Assembly (NCBI GenBank): GCA_043228905.1
Contig: JBHGNT010000021.1
Coordinates: forward strand, 4,340,001-4,404,000
DNA length: 64,000 nucleotides
Direction of reading: 5' to 3'
From: Azolla caroliniana
Taxonomy: Eukaryota > Plantae > Polypodiophyta
Of the stretch, positions 37,501 through 50,913 are shown in pieces. The stretch's first letter is position 1, and every line of letters begins with the position of its first letter. The notes beneath the pieces were generated by a model. It saw only the letters and a list, made by a program, of their open reading frames with translations, was not told the origin of the DNA and ran no database searches. A program made the translations under genes and the position numbers.

Positions 37501-38661
37501 CTAATTAGCAACTAATGTGACGCCTCGATATAGTTGTTTGTTCTGATTCAGATTCCCTTCCCAATTCCGCTCCCCCGTCAGTAGATTCTCTTTGAATCTT
37601 GTAATGAAGGCATCGGCTCGGCTCTGCAGTTCATTGTACCCACCACTTTTCTCATGATTCATATCAGTATATCCACCTCGTTTCGCTTGATTTAGATTAG
37701 TATTCCGACCATTTCTCTTGTGATTCTTAATCTTAAGAGATTCCATGGTATTAATATAATAATTGTTAGTTTCTGAGTCAGTACTATAGTAAGATTCGTG
37801 CTCCTTTTCCACTCTGAAATTAATGATTTGGGCAGAATATTTCAAATCGGGCGGCGATTCAGAAGAGAACTTGTCGTTATTATGTCCGTCAAGGGGAGAA
37901 GAAGAAGATTGTGGTGAAGGATAAGAAGAATTTGCAGTGTTATGATGACGATCATCGATTTGATCTATTACATCTATGGCAAAGCTTACCTTCTTTTTAA
38001 TAGTTTTCTTGGTTTTAGCCATTGCCGACACAAGTTTGACCATATTCTTGTTCTGATCATCTGTGGTTGTAGTAAGAGGAGGAGGAGAAGAAGAAGAAGA
38101 AGAAAGACTCAGATATTCATCAAAACTTGTAGACACTTCGTTAATGGCGGTATTTCTCTTATCTGGGATCGTGTGGAGATCAACTTGCTTTGTTGAATCT
38201 AGAACATCAAGATCCATATCCATATTTCGTCTTGCCTCTGATGCGTCTTCATCTTCGTCCTCGTATTCTGCTGCTACGGAAACGCCGGCCTTCTCCTCCC
38301 TTCGATCTGCAAGTCCTTGGCTCGAGGAGTACAAGAAGACAGCAGAGCAGCTCGGATCCATGGCTTCTTCAGCATCAGCAGCGAAGGCATCCCTCTCGTC
38401 GTGGTATGCATCTCCGGCCTCCACGAGAGCAGAGCTTCCATGGTGATCGTGGCCGAGTAAGAAGATCGCCATAGCGATGGCGCTGAGGCCAGCGAGGAAA
38501 GAGACGGTATATCGATGGGAGAGGATGGCATAGTCATCTTCCAGGGATGGAGGGAGGGGGATGAGATGGAGGGAGTGGAGGATCAAAGGGGACAGGCGAT
38601 GGATGAGGAAGAGGGAGCAGGCCAGGATGCAGGCTCTGTGCAGAAGGGGAGTAGCAGTCAT
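37501..38661 (-). CDS. intronless DUF761 (cotton-fibre-expressed-protein-like) gene, 386 aa
   Basis: Uninterrupted ORF with hydrophobic N-terminal segments, a low-complexity acidic/Ser middle, and C-terminal ELQSRADAFITRFKENL matching the DUF761 pattern. Confidence 0.75.
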   Translation of the reverse strand: MTATPLLHRACILACSLFLIHRLSPLILHSLHLIPLPPSLEDDYAILSHRYTVSFLAGLSAIAMAIFLLGHDHHGSSALVEAGDAYHDERDAFAADAEEAMDPSCSAVFLYSSSQGLADRREEKAGVSVAAEYEDEDEDASEARRNMDMDLDVLDSTKQVDLHTIPDKRNTAINEVSTSFDEYLSLSSSSSSPPPLTTTTDDQNKNMVKLVSAMAKTKKTIKKKVSFAIDVIDQIDDRHHNTANSSYPSPQSSSSPLDGHNNDKFSSESPPDLKYSAQIINFRVEKEHESYYSTDSETNNYYINTMESLKIKNHKRNGRNTNLNQAKRGGYTDMNHEKSGGYNELQSRADAFITRFKENLLTGERNWEGNLNQNKQLYRGVTLVAN

Positions 38662-38843
38662 GGCGACCTTAACGGAGCTTCTCTGTGTCTGTGTCTGTGT
38701 CTGTGTCTGTGTGTCTATGGCGTTTTACAGAAGGAAGAGAAAGAGAGAGAAGAAGAGTGAGGTGGGGGTGGGGGAGGGGCATTCGCATAAATATAAGAAA
38801 CTTGGAAACTTTTTAACTGAAATATAAAAGAATTATACTTTAA

Positions 38844-39104
38844 AATAGTACGTAAATTTCGTGTTCGATATTCCTACATTCGAAAACGAATGCGAATGTT
38901 TTTCAAACATTCTTCTTTTGCTTCTTCTTTTTTTTGCTTTTTTCCCCTTTTTTTAAGTTTTTTTTCCTTTTTTTAGGTTTAATTACATCATAATATGTAA
39001 ATAGTTAATCCAAAAATAAAAGTATGGTATTTACCATTCTTTGAGGGTATTTACCATACTCTCGAATGGTTTAAACATTCGTGGTGCGTATGGTTCATAC
39101 TATA
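38844..39104. mobile_element. second copy of the hAT-like MITE, upstream of the DUF761-like gene
   Basis: Aligns with 33494-33759; ends AATAGTA...TACTATA; TSD TACTTTAA/TACTTTTA (7 of 8). Confidence 0.8.
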
Positions 39105-39109
39105 TACTT

Positions 39110-39500
39110 TTAATTAATTAATAATGAAAATGCGGAGGGCGGGGAGGGCATTTGTTTTTGGTAAATATAAGAAACCAGAGCAAGACACTGGAATTTAAAT
39201 AAGAAATATATAATTAATCAACTACTTAGTTAATTAATCATTTGCTTTCTAGCTTAATTAATCAATTGTTGGCTTACTTAATTAATCAATTTCTTGCTTA
39301 CTTACTTAATCGATCGATCAATTACTTAATTACTCAATTAATTAATTAATCGATCCATTAATTAAACCAATAATTAATCGATCAATTTATTTTTTTATTT
39401 TTTATTTTTTTATTTTTTTATTTTTTTATTTTTTTATTTTATTTTATTTATTTATTTATTTACTTAATCGATTACTTAATTAATTACTTAATTAATTAAT
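39110..39500. repeat. AT-rich low-complexity region of TAATTAAT/ATCGAT units and (ATTTTTTT)n
   Basis: Directly visible repeated short palindromic units. Confidence 0.8.
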
Positions 39501-41377
39501 AAAAGGCAGGGCGGGCTGTTCCGTAAATATAAGAAATTATAAAAGTTCCCTTCACTCTCTTTGTTTTTTTTTGTGTTAGTTTTGAACGCCTTTTTTCTAT
39601 CTTTTTCTCAATGCAATAATTCCCCCATTCAACATAACATATATAATATTTATTATTCTCCTTTTCTCTTATTCTTCTTCTTCTTTCTTTTTCTTTTTCT
39701 TTTTCTTTTTACTCGTTTCCGCGTGTGCGTGTGCCGGATACGATCACCACCTCTCCATCAATCGCACACGAGGCCGTACGAAGGCAGCAAAACAAAAGAA
39801 AAAACTAAACGTAGCAATGGGTCGGACATCTCGGTAGGCCCCACCATTCGTCCATCCGTCCGTCCACTCGTTCATTCATCCATCTGTCCGCACCCCCAAT
39901 TTGCCCAACACGAACCCTAAAGATCCTACCAACGTTTGCACCTTGGTCCTACCAACATGCGCCTTCACAATCGGCGTCGAGATCTGCTGGTTCCACCCAT
40001 ACCTCCCTCCCGCCTGCGTGCCTCCTTTAAAACATGGGGGAAATACAATTCCTAGCTTCATTGACATCCTTCCAAACATCTACGTTCTCGAACATCGCGC
40101 TCATTGTTGAAAACAAACAAACAAACAAACACGAATGTGTGGGACGTTTCTGAAGAAATTTTCTCAACACGTTATCATAGAAAGTGCCGCATATTTCCTT
40201 CCAGATATTAAAGACGATATACAATTCACTGCACATTTGTGATGTAATATTTCTATGCGTTTGTTGTCATGAATTGATCGGCCAACCTTGTGTTGTTTAG
40301 TCAATGATCCAATCCTTCTTCAATATTTTATTGCCTTCCGCAATATGTATGTATAAATGCACATATATACAATGATATTTCCACACATATGGCATGACGT
40401 ATTCGTCGATCAACATTATCTCGTAGTCAATGATCCAATTCTTCCACACTTTATACCCTTTCGAGCTTCAAATCATTATCTCCAAATAACGTCTATAAAC
40501 TTTTATTTTTTAAACAGAGAGTTGGTTACGAATTTGGTTTTGTTGATCTTATCCGTCTTAGAAATCCCTCTTTCACATGCAACCAATGGTAGTTATAAAA
40601 CAAAAAACCATTAGTCTAAAGTTTCATCATTCATGGAAAAGACTGATGTTGGCATTCATCGATATTAGTACAATCTTTTCACAATCTATGTGTGTTTTTA
40701 TCTCAACAATAACTTCTTATCCTGGCATAACAAAAGTGTGCCTCTCCCCTTTCCATTCTTCTTTTTGTCAATCAATTGATGCACACGATTTCTCACCGAA
40801 TAGACTCTTGTAACCACTCTCTCTTTGCCTATGCATCTAATTTGTCAGTTGTTTTAAAAAAAAAATCGCCAGTACATTGGACAAATGAATTTACATCTTA
40901 AAACATATCAAAAGTCATTCTTAAAACAATCTCTAATAACAAATATAATCAATATGTCTTATGTAGCTTTAGTTAAACAAATCATATGAATAGTTGTTTT
41001 CCCATACATTGAACATGACAACAAATTGAGAAATGTAAAATCATCTATTTCGCGAATTTGTTTCACAATGTTGGTCATGAATTATATTCAATAGTTGTTC
41101 TTAATCGTTGGAGGGTGACCAAGAATGTCTCAAGAGTTGCAGGTCGTACAAGAGCATTAACAAACATTGAGCATGGAGAAGTTAAATTAAAAATTTGTAA
41201 AACAATAATTTCCATATTACTGTCCATTTCAATATCTAGACAGGAAATTGAAAAAGAAAAACATTTCACAATGTTTTCCATCAAGGCAAGCTATTTTAAT
41301 TTCTTTTCTTTTTTTCTTTTTCTTTTTTCCAAAAAAAAACTCCTTTCATTAGTTATAAAATTTTACAAATGAGACGA

Positions 41378-44300
41378 TTATGTACAAATCCCTGAAGGGA
41401 CGCAATAGTTCCATCTTATGTGGATGCCCACTAACTCAAGAAAGGGAGAGGACGACCATTGTTGGATGAAGGCTATTCATTGTCTTTCAACTCCCTCGGA
41501 GTTGCCCTTAAGGCCATCATATTGGCTCTTCAGAGTGACTACAATTTCACTCCATATCTCTTGCAATAACCTTGTCGGATGTGCGGTTTGGTTGGAGACA
41601 ACTCTCCTACATCGTTGTTTCCATAGACCCCAAAGAGTTATTGGGCTGATCAATTCCAACACCTCTTGAGATTTGTCATTAAGAGGAGTGGAGTGGACAT
41701 TGCCGCTAGAGGAGAAAAAGACCTCTTGCGCTTTTATCACCAAAGTCATCCCCTCCTCCTGATGCTCGTATCTGCCAATTACGACTTGCCATGATAGCCA
41801 ACATATATTTCCCCACTTGATTGAGCCTTGCACCTGGCATAATTGCAATAAGCATCCAACCCCCCGCCATATTTGATGGGACATTGGGCAGTCCCACAAA
41901 GCGTGTCGTATTGATTCTACTACATGTGAGCACTCTACACAATTAGGAGAGCTAAGGTTCCCACATTGCCATGCTCCCACCGGTAGGGACTTATGTATTA
42001 ATAGCCATTGGAACGTGGTAATTCGCCTCGCATGTTGTTGTTTCCAGATTTTCTGCCAAAACTTGGTGATTATTGTGGGAGGAACTTGAAATGTGTGCCA
42101 GACCTTCGCAACAGCCGGTTTGAGCAGCTAGAATGTGGCGACCCAATCTAATTGTGAATTGGAAGAAAGGGATGGGTTTGCTTCCTTGCCTTGCATAGGG
42201 GTCACGCCATGTCCATTGCAAAGGGTCCCAACTGACGTTACGTAGCCATGTGTTTTCATGAGTACATATGTGCCAATTGGGTTGTACTTTGATCGGATCA
42301 GGATCTACAACCCATTTATGACCAATATACGCGAGTACTCGAATTGCGTTATTCTGTGTTGGTGTCTCAATGTCTCGCACTTCAGAGCCTTCGAGTCTGT
42401 TTGGTGGTCCCCTACCTCTCGGGATCAGAGATCCCTCCTCCTCGTGGCCTATCCATTTCTCCATTGTCGTCCTTTGAGTAGCAGATTCCCTAATCAGTAG
42501 AGCGTTAATGATTTCCGATCTCATAGTCCATCCGCCCCTAATTCCATGGAGTATGTTTGCCTGATCTTGTAGTGGCAGTGACATAAACTGTCGCCAACAT
42601 TCTATACTTTTTCTTGGACCTTCTGCAATGTATCCCCATGACAACCCCTTACATGATCCCAGTAGTTGATTAGATTCATCCTTGATACATGGGTTCCATA
42701 GGATACGTTGACTGAGCCAGGCAGGTTCGGATCTCGGTTGATCACACTTGAGCCCTCGACGAATGTCACACCATGCCTTCCACATGGATGCACTGAATAT
42801 ATCCTCCTATTGGCGGGAGAAACTAGGTTTGAGATCCATGTTTAGAATCCATCCCGTTTGGGGGGCCCAATTGACCCCTTTTCGTGGCCTAAAGTAAGTG
42901 AAACATAACCTCAATAGCATTTTCCAACAGTCATTTCCTGGTTGGAGTCCTCGCACCACAAATTTGGCAAGTAAGGCTTTCGATTGTGAAAGGGGATCAA
43001 TAAGACCCAATCCCCCTCTTGACTTAGGCGTTGTGAGTATAGGCCACGCCACCTTGGCACGAGCTACATGGTCTTCCTTACCAGACCAAATGTAGTTGCG
43101 GACCAATCGTTGAATCTGATGTATACTTTCCTTGGAGATTGTCCAACATGATAGACTGTACCATGTTGTTGCGAGTAGTACCTGATTTGCCACTATGATG
43201 CGACCCGCTAGCGACAATTTTTTCGAGCTTCAATGTATCAACTTTTGTCAAATGGAAAGGATAACGGGTGTGCAATCATAGTCTTCGGCGGTATGTTGAA
43301 ACCAATTTGGAAACCCAAATATTTGGTGCTCGCTCCTTGATTGATCCATTTGAAAGCGAGATGTGGGTGCCACGCCGGATGTGTTTCCTGAGAGAGCCAT
43401 ATTGCGCAGGATTTGTGCCAATTGATCATGGCGTTGAATCTCTTGCAAAATACAGCTAGCCCACTTTCTAGCTTTTGGAGGTTCTCCAAGCCCCCTTGTA
43501 GGTAAACTGTTGTGTCATATGCAAATTCTATATCCAGGATGCTTTGGTGAGAATGAGGTACGGGAAGGCCACGTAGGTTGAGATGTCGCGAGTTGAGAAA
43601 GCAAGAGAGTGCTTCGGCGTATAATAGAAATGAGGATGGAGCTAGTGGGCATCCCTGCCATACAGATCGGGATATTCGGAAAAAGGGGCCCCTTTCACCT
43701 GCCAGCGAAACGCAACTGTTGCCATTCCTATAAAGTCCTGCAATGCCTTTGATACATGTCTCTTGAAAGCCGAGTTTCCTCATCACACTTTCTAGAAAGT
43801 TCCAGCATACCCTGTCATATGCTTTCTCAAAATCTAGTAGCACCACCGCTACCTTGTTGTCGGTACGCTTGGCAAGGGCTACTGCTTCCCAAAATGAGAA
43901 GAGGTTGTCTAGGATGCTCCGATTTCTAACAAAACATGTCTGGGACAGATGAATGAGTTGAGGGAGAAGTGGTGTTAAACGGCGTGCCACGATTTTTGCG
44001 AGCAACTTATAGACAATATTGAGAAGAGTTATGGGCCGCCACTTGCTAATGTCGTTGGCATTCCCACCACTTTTAGGAATGAGATGTATCATCCCCTGTC
44101 CAAATTCCTCTGGCATGCTTATAGAGGTGATGATCTCCTCATATGTCTAGAGGAGGTCTTCTTTAATAGTGTCCCAAAGGCATGTGAAAAAGTCTGGGGT
44201 GAGGCCGTCGATTCTGGGGCAGCTATCGCCATCTAAATCAGTGAGGGCCTCCCATATCTTGATGATTGATAGGGGACGCACGAGCCATGTATTCATTTCC

Positions 44301-45678
44301 GACATGACTTTCTTGAGTATGCTTTGGAGGATAATATCTTCTCTTATGTCTTCCCATGTAGCTATAATGTCTTCGGTAAGTAGGCGGCTATAATAACTTG
44401 TGGCAATATTCCTCATTTCGTCGCCATCCTCAATGGTCATTCCATCCTCTCAGTTGAGGTTGCGCATCACAGTTCTAGCGTGCCTCGGGCCTTTGGAGTG
44501 GAAGAATTCCTTCGTGGTTTTGTCCCCTACTCGAATCCATTGCGCCATGCTTCCATGAAACTCCATGTCATATATTTCCTTTTCTGCCATGCTAAGTTCA
44601 TGTTTGTCCGTGGCGACTTGTCCTACGATCCAAATATAGGACGTGTATCTCTGTTGGAGTCGTTGTAAGGCTATTAGTCCTCGTTTTGTCCTCTGTCGCT
44701 TCTCCTAAGCATCCTTGCTTCTGGTCTTGACAATCTCATGTAGGAGAGTAGAAGCTCTTGTTAATTTAGGTAAAAGTTTGTTTGATGTTGATGAGTCATT
44801 GACGGGTAATGTCCATTGGTTGGATAGTTGGTCCTTCATGTCTATATGTGTGTAAATAGTGTGTGGGATGCGAATCTAGAATGGGCCCCATTTTCGGTGC
44901 AATTGAAAATGACCAGCTACTAGGTAATGGTCAGAGAAAGTCGTGCCTGGAGTTATGCAACACCACGGGGACACCACCCTCCCTTCGCTTCTAGAGCCTC
45001 CCCCACATAAATGCGGTCAATGCGAGATAGGGTGGGTCCACTATTCCGCCCGTCTTATCAGGAGAATAGGAGAGAATCCCTTTTCCGTTGGAAGTTGGCA
45101 GAATGCCATATGTCTCGCAGGTTAAGGTGGACACATAGCTTCTCCCATTGTTTACGTTCCCTTCCTTGTAGAACTATGGGGTTGTTGTTGGAGCTATTGT
45201 GAATGGATTCGATCATATTAAAATCCCCTCCAACGCACCACTCTTCCGCACCCGCTACTTGTAGGCGGATGCGGTCCCAGAATGTTGCCCTTTTTGTTCT
45301 GCTATTTGGAGCATAAACATTCATGAAGTTCCATCGTTGCCCTTGGATGGCCAACGTGCAAAAATGTGCCCTACCAAGTATAAGTGATTATTGGTGTATT
45401 AAGCCTTGGGCTAGATGTTCCCGAATCAAAGTGCAAATACCACCATGATTTCCATCCTCCCCAATTGATGGCTCCCAAATCGTTCGCCATGATCCTAGTA
45501 GAAGTTATCCAACTTCCTTTAACTGCGTGCTATCGAGGTGGTGTTCCTGCAACATGATGATGTCAGCAACACTCCCTAGTAAATATTCTTCAAGATCCCT
45601 TCTCAGTTTCCATCTATTTTGTTGGTCTAGTCTACTTCTAAGCCCTTGCACGTTCCATGTTATAATCTTCATACTCAT
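41378..45678 (-). pseudogene. LINE ORF2 (AP endonuclease, RT, zf-RVT), fragmented
   Basis: Motifs MKIITWNVQGL, NVYAPN, GGDFN, WRPITLLN, DFEKAYDRV, QGCPLAP, FAYD (mutated catalytic motif) and ESIRHALWDC. Confidence 0.92.
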
Positions 45679-45801
45679 GGAATGGGGTGGGAGATTGCCA
45701 GTTGTTCCTAGTGCTTTACACAACAGGTCGTGAGTGGGGAGCACTCACCATTTAGACATCCAGTCATTTCCAAGGATGGAATAGTGGTCCACATCCATGA
45801 G

Positions 45802-46297
45802 TGTTAGGAAACAGATCCCTCCGGATGGGAAGTGAGAAGAACCGTGTTGATGAGCAACTCGGCCGAGGCCGAAACCGGAAATCGTGGAGATAGCCAACAC
45901 GGAAGGCTAAACTTGTAAATAGTCGAAAGGTTACAAGTAATTAGGGCAATCATGTTAGATAAGTGTGTGTAGTATTGTAAAGTTACTGTTGTTGAGGCCG
46001 TGGCCTCTAAAACAGTGAGAGTGAACGAGTGTGAGTGGAAGCAAGTGAGCTCCATAGCCGCCTGTTGGCGAAGCAGGATCTAGAGGTTGTTGCCTCTGAG
46101 ATCTCTGATTGTATTCCTTTCTCTCATAGTGTTCTGTTTCGGAGTTTGTGGACTCCACGTGGTTTTTTCCCAGTTTGGGTTTCCACGTTAAAATCTGTGT
46201 CATGCTCAGTTTCTGTATTTTGTTTTTCCTTTCCATTAGATTGACTATTATTCCGCACATGTACAACCGGTTGTGGCAGGCAACGATTTTAACTTCA
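45802..46297. repeat. solo LTR (496 bp) inserted in the LINE between ORF1 and ORF2 remnants
   Basis: TG...CA termini with a perfect 5-bp TSD ATGAG (45797-45801, 46298-46302) and motif GTGGTTTTTTCCCAGTTTGGGTTTCCAC. Confidence 0.9.
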
Positions 46298-46463
46298 ATG
46301 AGTGGATTTTGTGGGTTATCCTGTGAGCTTCAATCGCCCCTTCATGCTTCTCATAGAAATAGAAAAAGCTTGGAGTTAGTTAGGTGTCTATGATAGTCTG
46401 CAGGTGGATGTGGCAAAGACGAGTTTCCTCTTCATCCATGGTGCACCAGAATTCATTGTTCTG

Positions 46464-47909
46464 CTAATGTTGCTTTAGTTCGTTCATGAGCTCTTCATCT
46501 CTTATTTGTGCTACAAAGCACGCTGCTTGGCTACATAACGTATCTTTAATCTTGGATTTCGACCAATCTTCCTGTGTCGGAAGCAAGAGTGGAAAGGATA
46601 TTGAGGTCGTCGGAACTCTGTTATTGTATACCGTTGATACATGTACCCTTATTTTTTCCACTGTCTTGAGCCCTATACCTAGCCATTTCAAGGCATTTTG
46701 CGGGTGTGGTTCAAGGTCTTGGTTAGAGGAAGCGCACTCATTTGTGTCCGGGAAGACTATGATCTGAGGCGTGACATTCAAACTTCTACCTTGGTTTGTT
46801 GCTTCTGCATTGGGTGTCGTTCCACTCAAGCTCCTTATTAAGGTCTTTACATGACTTATTTGTCTTCGCTTCCCTGTTTTGTAAGCTTTAACGAGAACTT
46901 TCTCTTGTGTGCTTGGTGTCACCTTAGGTTGTTCCTTGGGGCTTAAGAAAGAACTAGGGGAATGCTCGTCTGAGGGGGGGAGCTCTTGTAGTAGATCAAA
47001 TCGATTGGGGCTCATAGGCGATGGAGGATTTTGTGCCGATGATGTTTTTCGAAGGACGTTAGTTTTTTCCACCAATCGTCATTCCATCACAGCCTTGCCG
47101 GGTCGTGGTGGGGGAGGCTTCTGATGTCTTATGGTGTCTTGACCTTCCAGAGTCTCCTTTGTAGGATCTTTAATACGTCTTGTTGGGCAGTTCTTTTTTA
47201 AATGACCAAGTTTTTTGCATGCAAAACATTGCCCCGGTGCGCCAATCACTTCTATGCGTTGTTCAATCCGCATTCCATTTTTCCCGAGAATGAGTATCTT
47301 GGAAGGAAGTTTATTGATGTCCTGCACCAAGAGGCGGATAGAGGGAGGGCCTAGGTGCTTCTTTAGCTTGTCTACTAGCGTTAGTTCCTCATCTAACATC
47401 ATACCAAAGGAGTTGCCAATAGTAGGAAGTAACATGTTGTATTCTAAGGATAGTCCAGGAAACAACATTGTTACCTTTTTCATGGAGTCATCCTGTTGTG
47501 CGGCTTTCTTTGGGTTAAAACCATGTTTCCATTTACACATGAACAACCATGTGTTTCGAACCTGGTAGGGAGATAGTGCTATGAGGTTCGTTGCAGAATC
47601 CTTGTCTTCTAGTATGATTTGATAGAAGCCTTTACCAAGCAGTTGGACTTCTTTTATACCACGTAGTTGTGAATGAAATTTAGCTTGCAACAACCCTCTA
47701 TTTGGTCGTGATCCCATCATGCGGCATATGACCGTTATTCGCTCAAGGCGCTCTATCTCTTGGTCAAGTAGAAGCATCTCTTCGTTATTGAAAATAATCT
47801 CAACAGGACCCCCGTTATCAGAGATGTTTTTATCTTGCATTTTTCTGTTATCATTCGAGGGGTCTGTTTGTGCTATGTGTTCGACAGTGGCGATGTTTAA
47901 AGGTGCCAT
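46464..47909 (-). pseudogene. LINE ORF1 (DUF4283/RRM-like plus zinc knuckle)
   Basis: ORF 47079-47909 with LLGKGFYQI and CFACKKLGHLKKNC, continued after one stop by 46464-47075. Confidence 0.85.
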
Positions 47910-48399
47910 GAGTGACGGAGTTGAACTGCGTCTCTTTTTTTTTCCTTTTTTTTTATTTTTTAGTTTTTGGGGTGGGGGGTGTTACGGGCGTGGGGGCCCA
48001 ACTACTCGAACTGTGGTTGGTGGGTTCTCACTTGTCAAACTAGGGGTGGGGGGGACCCATTTTTCGAAAAAGGGGGGGGGACCCTAAATGATCTACTCCT
48101 CGAAATGGAGGAGGGCGATGCAGCAGCGGCGGGGAGGAGAGGCTTCTATGTCGAAATGAGCAGTGGGAGGCTTTTGGACCCCCACGTTTGCAGACCTCCT
48201 CCCTGCACTGTCGCGGTTCAAAACGGCTCCTGCTCCGGCTCTGTTTCCGCTACCTACTGGCGCAGGTCAAACCTCCTGTGTCGCTGCTCCGCTGTGTCGG
48301 ACCTCCTGGTGAGACGCTCACACACCACAAACCTCCATCGGGGACTGGCACGCCATTCTACTACTCTATTGCTCCAACTATTTTAATTTCTTAATTTAC

Positions 48400-48437
<38 letters not shown>

Positions 48438-50871
48438 CAAATTTCGAGTTTTAACACAATAATCTAATGTACCTTTATACTAGTAGTTGTGAGGTGGGCT
48501 CAAAAGTCGTGAAAGAATTAAACATTTCATACATATTGCATGTATTTCTATGAACTATTTTTTTTCATACACTAGTTGCTATTAGCTAGGAACTTGTATT
48601 GTAAATTATAGACATGATAAACGTATGCCTATACGATATCAATTATTGTATATATTATATTTTGTTTTTGATGTCCACTTTACAATGTTACTTTCAATGG
48701 ACAACGATTGTGTTATCCCTTATTCATGTTGACATGTGAGATTTATTTATTTTTTCCAAAAAATGACATGTAAGATTTTTGCATTCAAGTCTTATGACTG
48801 TCTCTAAATATTTTTATCTGTTACATGGCATTTTTAAAAGGCCTTATGACAATTGGACTACCTTCAAATCCTACCATGCCTCATATACAAATTACTTAGT
48901 CATTGGAATTTGGTAGAACTTTATGTCTATACACATTGTTCTCCACTCTAAGCGAATGAATGAACAAAGAGGGAAGTGGTGGAATCAATTGAATCTTCCA
49001 TCTCTCTGGGCCTAGTTATAACGAAAGGGGTGTGGCAAAAAGAACACCGAAAATACCCCTAATCATGATTATGAAAATTACCACTATGCTTTTTAGATTA
49101 CCAAAATAGCCCAACTTTTTTTTTACATTACCCTAATACCCTTGCCATTCTAGATTACATTGATATCCCTATATGTTTTGAATTGTCATGGTAACCCTAC
49201 TTAGGATGAACTTGAATTAACTCTAATTTGATCATTTGTATGATGCTTATTTTTCTGATGATTAGATTATGATGCTTTTCCATATTCCCAAATCTTTGTG
49301 CTTATCTCAATTGCTAACACATAATGTGTTTCTCCTCACAAAACTAGAGCTTCTCCAAATATACATTTGTAAAAGTTGGTCCATACTCGATGATTACAGA
49401 AAACATCACTAGTGCCCAGTATTTTGACTTAGTGAGGGAAATGTTTTTATGAGGTTCTTGGTTTGAGCCATTTTTGCAATTGAATCTCAATCCATTGCAT
49501 GGATGTGGTGTTCAAGAATGCATCGATTAGATGATTGCCACTCAAATAGATGCTAGAAAGTGAAAGATGTCAACAAACTTCTTGGTTCATTTCACTTTAG
49601 TTCTATGTCACACCATTGGGTATTTCTACTAGGAGGTGTGATCACCATAGTGGGTCATTTTTTAATGCATGAGCTCCGAATTTTTGAAACAATACAAAAT
49701 TTTTAAGGCTTGGTTTTTCCTATGACAAAAAGAATGGATGATAAGCACAATATTCTATGAAGCTTGTCTTTCTTGCATTGGCGTATCATTACGATATCAT
49801 GGCATTATTTAATCTATGATGTATCATGTGAAGACTAGTTAACATAGTGTGGATGACACGTGTAAACATGTGCATAAGTAGTGTTCAATGGAGGTTGATA
49901 ATTCATATATTTTGTGTTATCTCCCAAATCTCCAATTTAGGATGAAACCTCTTACCAAACCGAAATATGCATGTTGTTGATTTCTTCACTCTTCAAGAAC
50001 AATGACAATTTAAGTGTTAACGCACTTTGTAAAAATGTATATGTCAATATACTCATAATTTATAGACTTTTTGGATGTCCTCATTGTTTACTACTTGTGG
50101 ATCCACCCCATTAACCTTAATGAATTTTGAATTCAAATGTATGAACATGATGGTGCAATGGTAAAGTTGGTGCTTTGCAACAATAAAACTTCTATGTGCA
50201 CGTATCGAGTTTGAGTTAAATACTACACTCATTATTAAAGAAACTTATCATGAGAGCGCACATTCTAGGAGATTGCATGATGCTAACAAACACATCCCCT
50301 TATTGTACATAAATCAATGATGATATCTTGTACCCATATACAGCGGGTCCATGTTGATTGAAAAGTCTTTGCTCTCTATGTCTCAATTGTTGTAGTCAAT
50401 CATGCTACTTGACATAGATGCCCACTTGAAAATAAAGAAACAATTACAAATCGAGAATAATGCATCTGTGCTAAAAAGAAAGAATTTTAAAAGGGCAAAT
50501 GAATATCATATATATAAATTTATAATATTATATTATGCTCATGTTCATGATTATTGCATAACTAGTTAATAAAGGTGCACTCCAAACATCTCTCACAAAA
50601 GCATATTTTGTTCATTCAAGGTCTTAATAATATTAGATATTTGCATGGTTGCAATTGTATTTGTTGGATAATCTTGTGTGAAGGCCACACAAAATTAAAC
50701 AAAGAAGAAAGTCTCAACGAATTATCCATTTTGTAGCATACATATTTAATATCTAATAAATCATAAGACCATGTTATGATGTAATGTTCCCTTATGAAAG
50801 AGATATACCATTATTGTTCATCAAATATATTTATTGAATTTGACTACCTAATTGATATACTAGGAGAAAAT

Positions 50872-50913
<42 letters not shown>

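Larger units (their letters stand above)
41306..48377 (-). mobile_element. full-length, decayed L1-clade LINE
   Basis: 15-bp TSD CTATTTTAATTTCTT at 41291-41305 and 48378-48392, an A-rich 3' tail, and ORF1 plus ORF2 remnants in order. Confidence 0.93.

Noticed and set aside
39800-40900. Possible degenerate transposase or integrase remnant
   Set aside because: Only vague motif resemblance in stop-riddled frames; not supportable without an HMM search.
49020-50900. Mutator-like terminal sequence (AAAATACCCCT-type repeats) and a SINE-like head near 50150
   Set aside because: No partner TIR, TSD or clear B box found.
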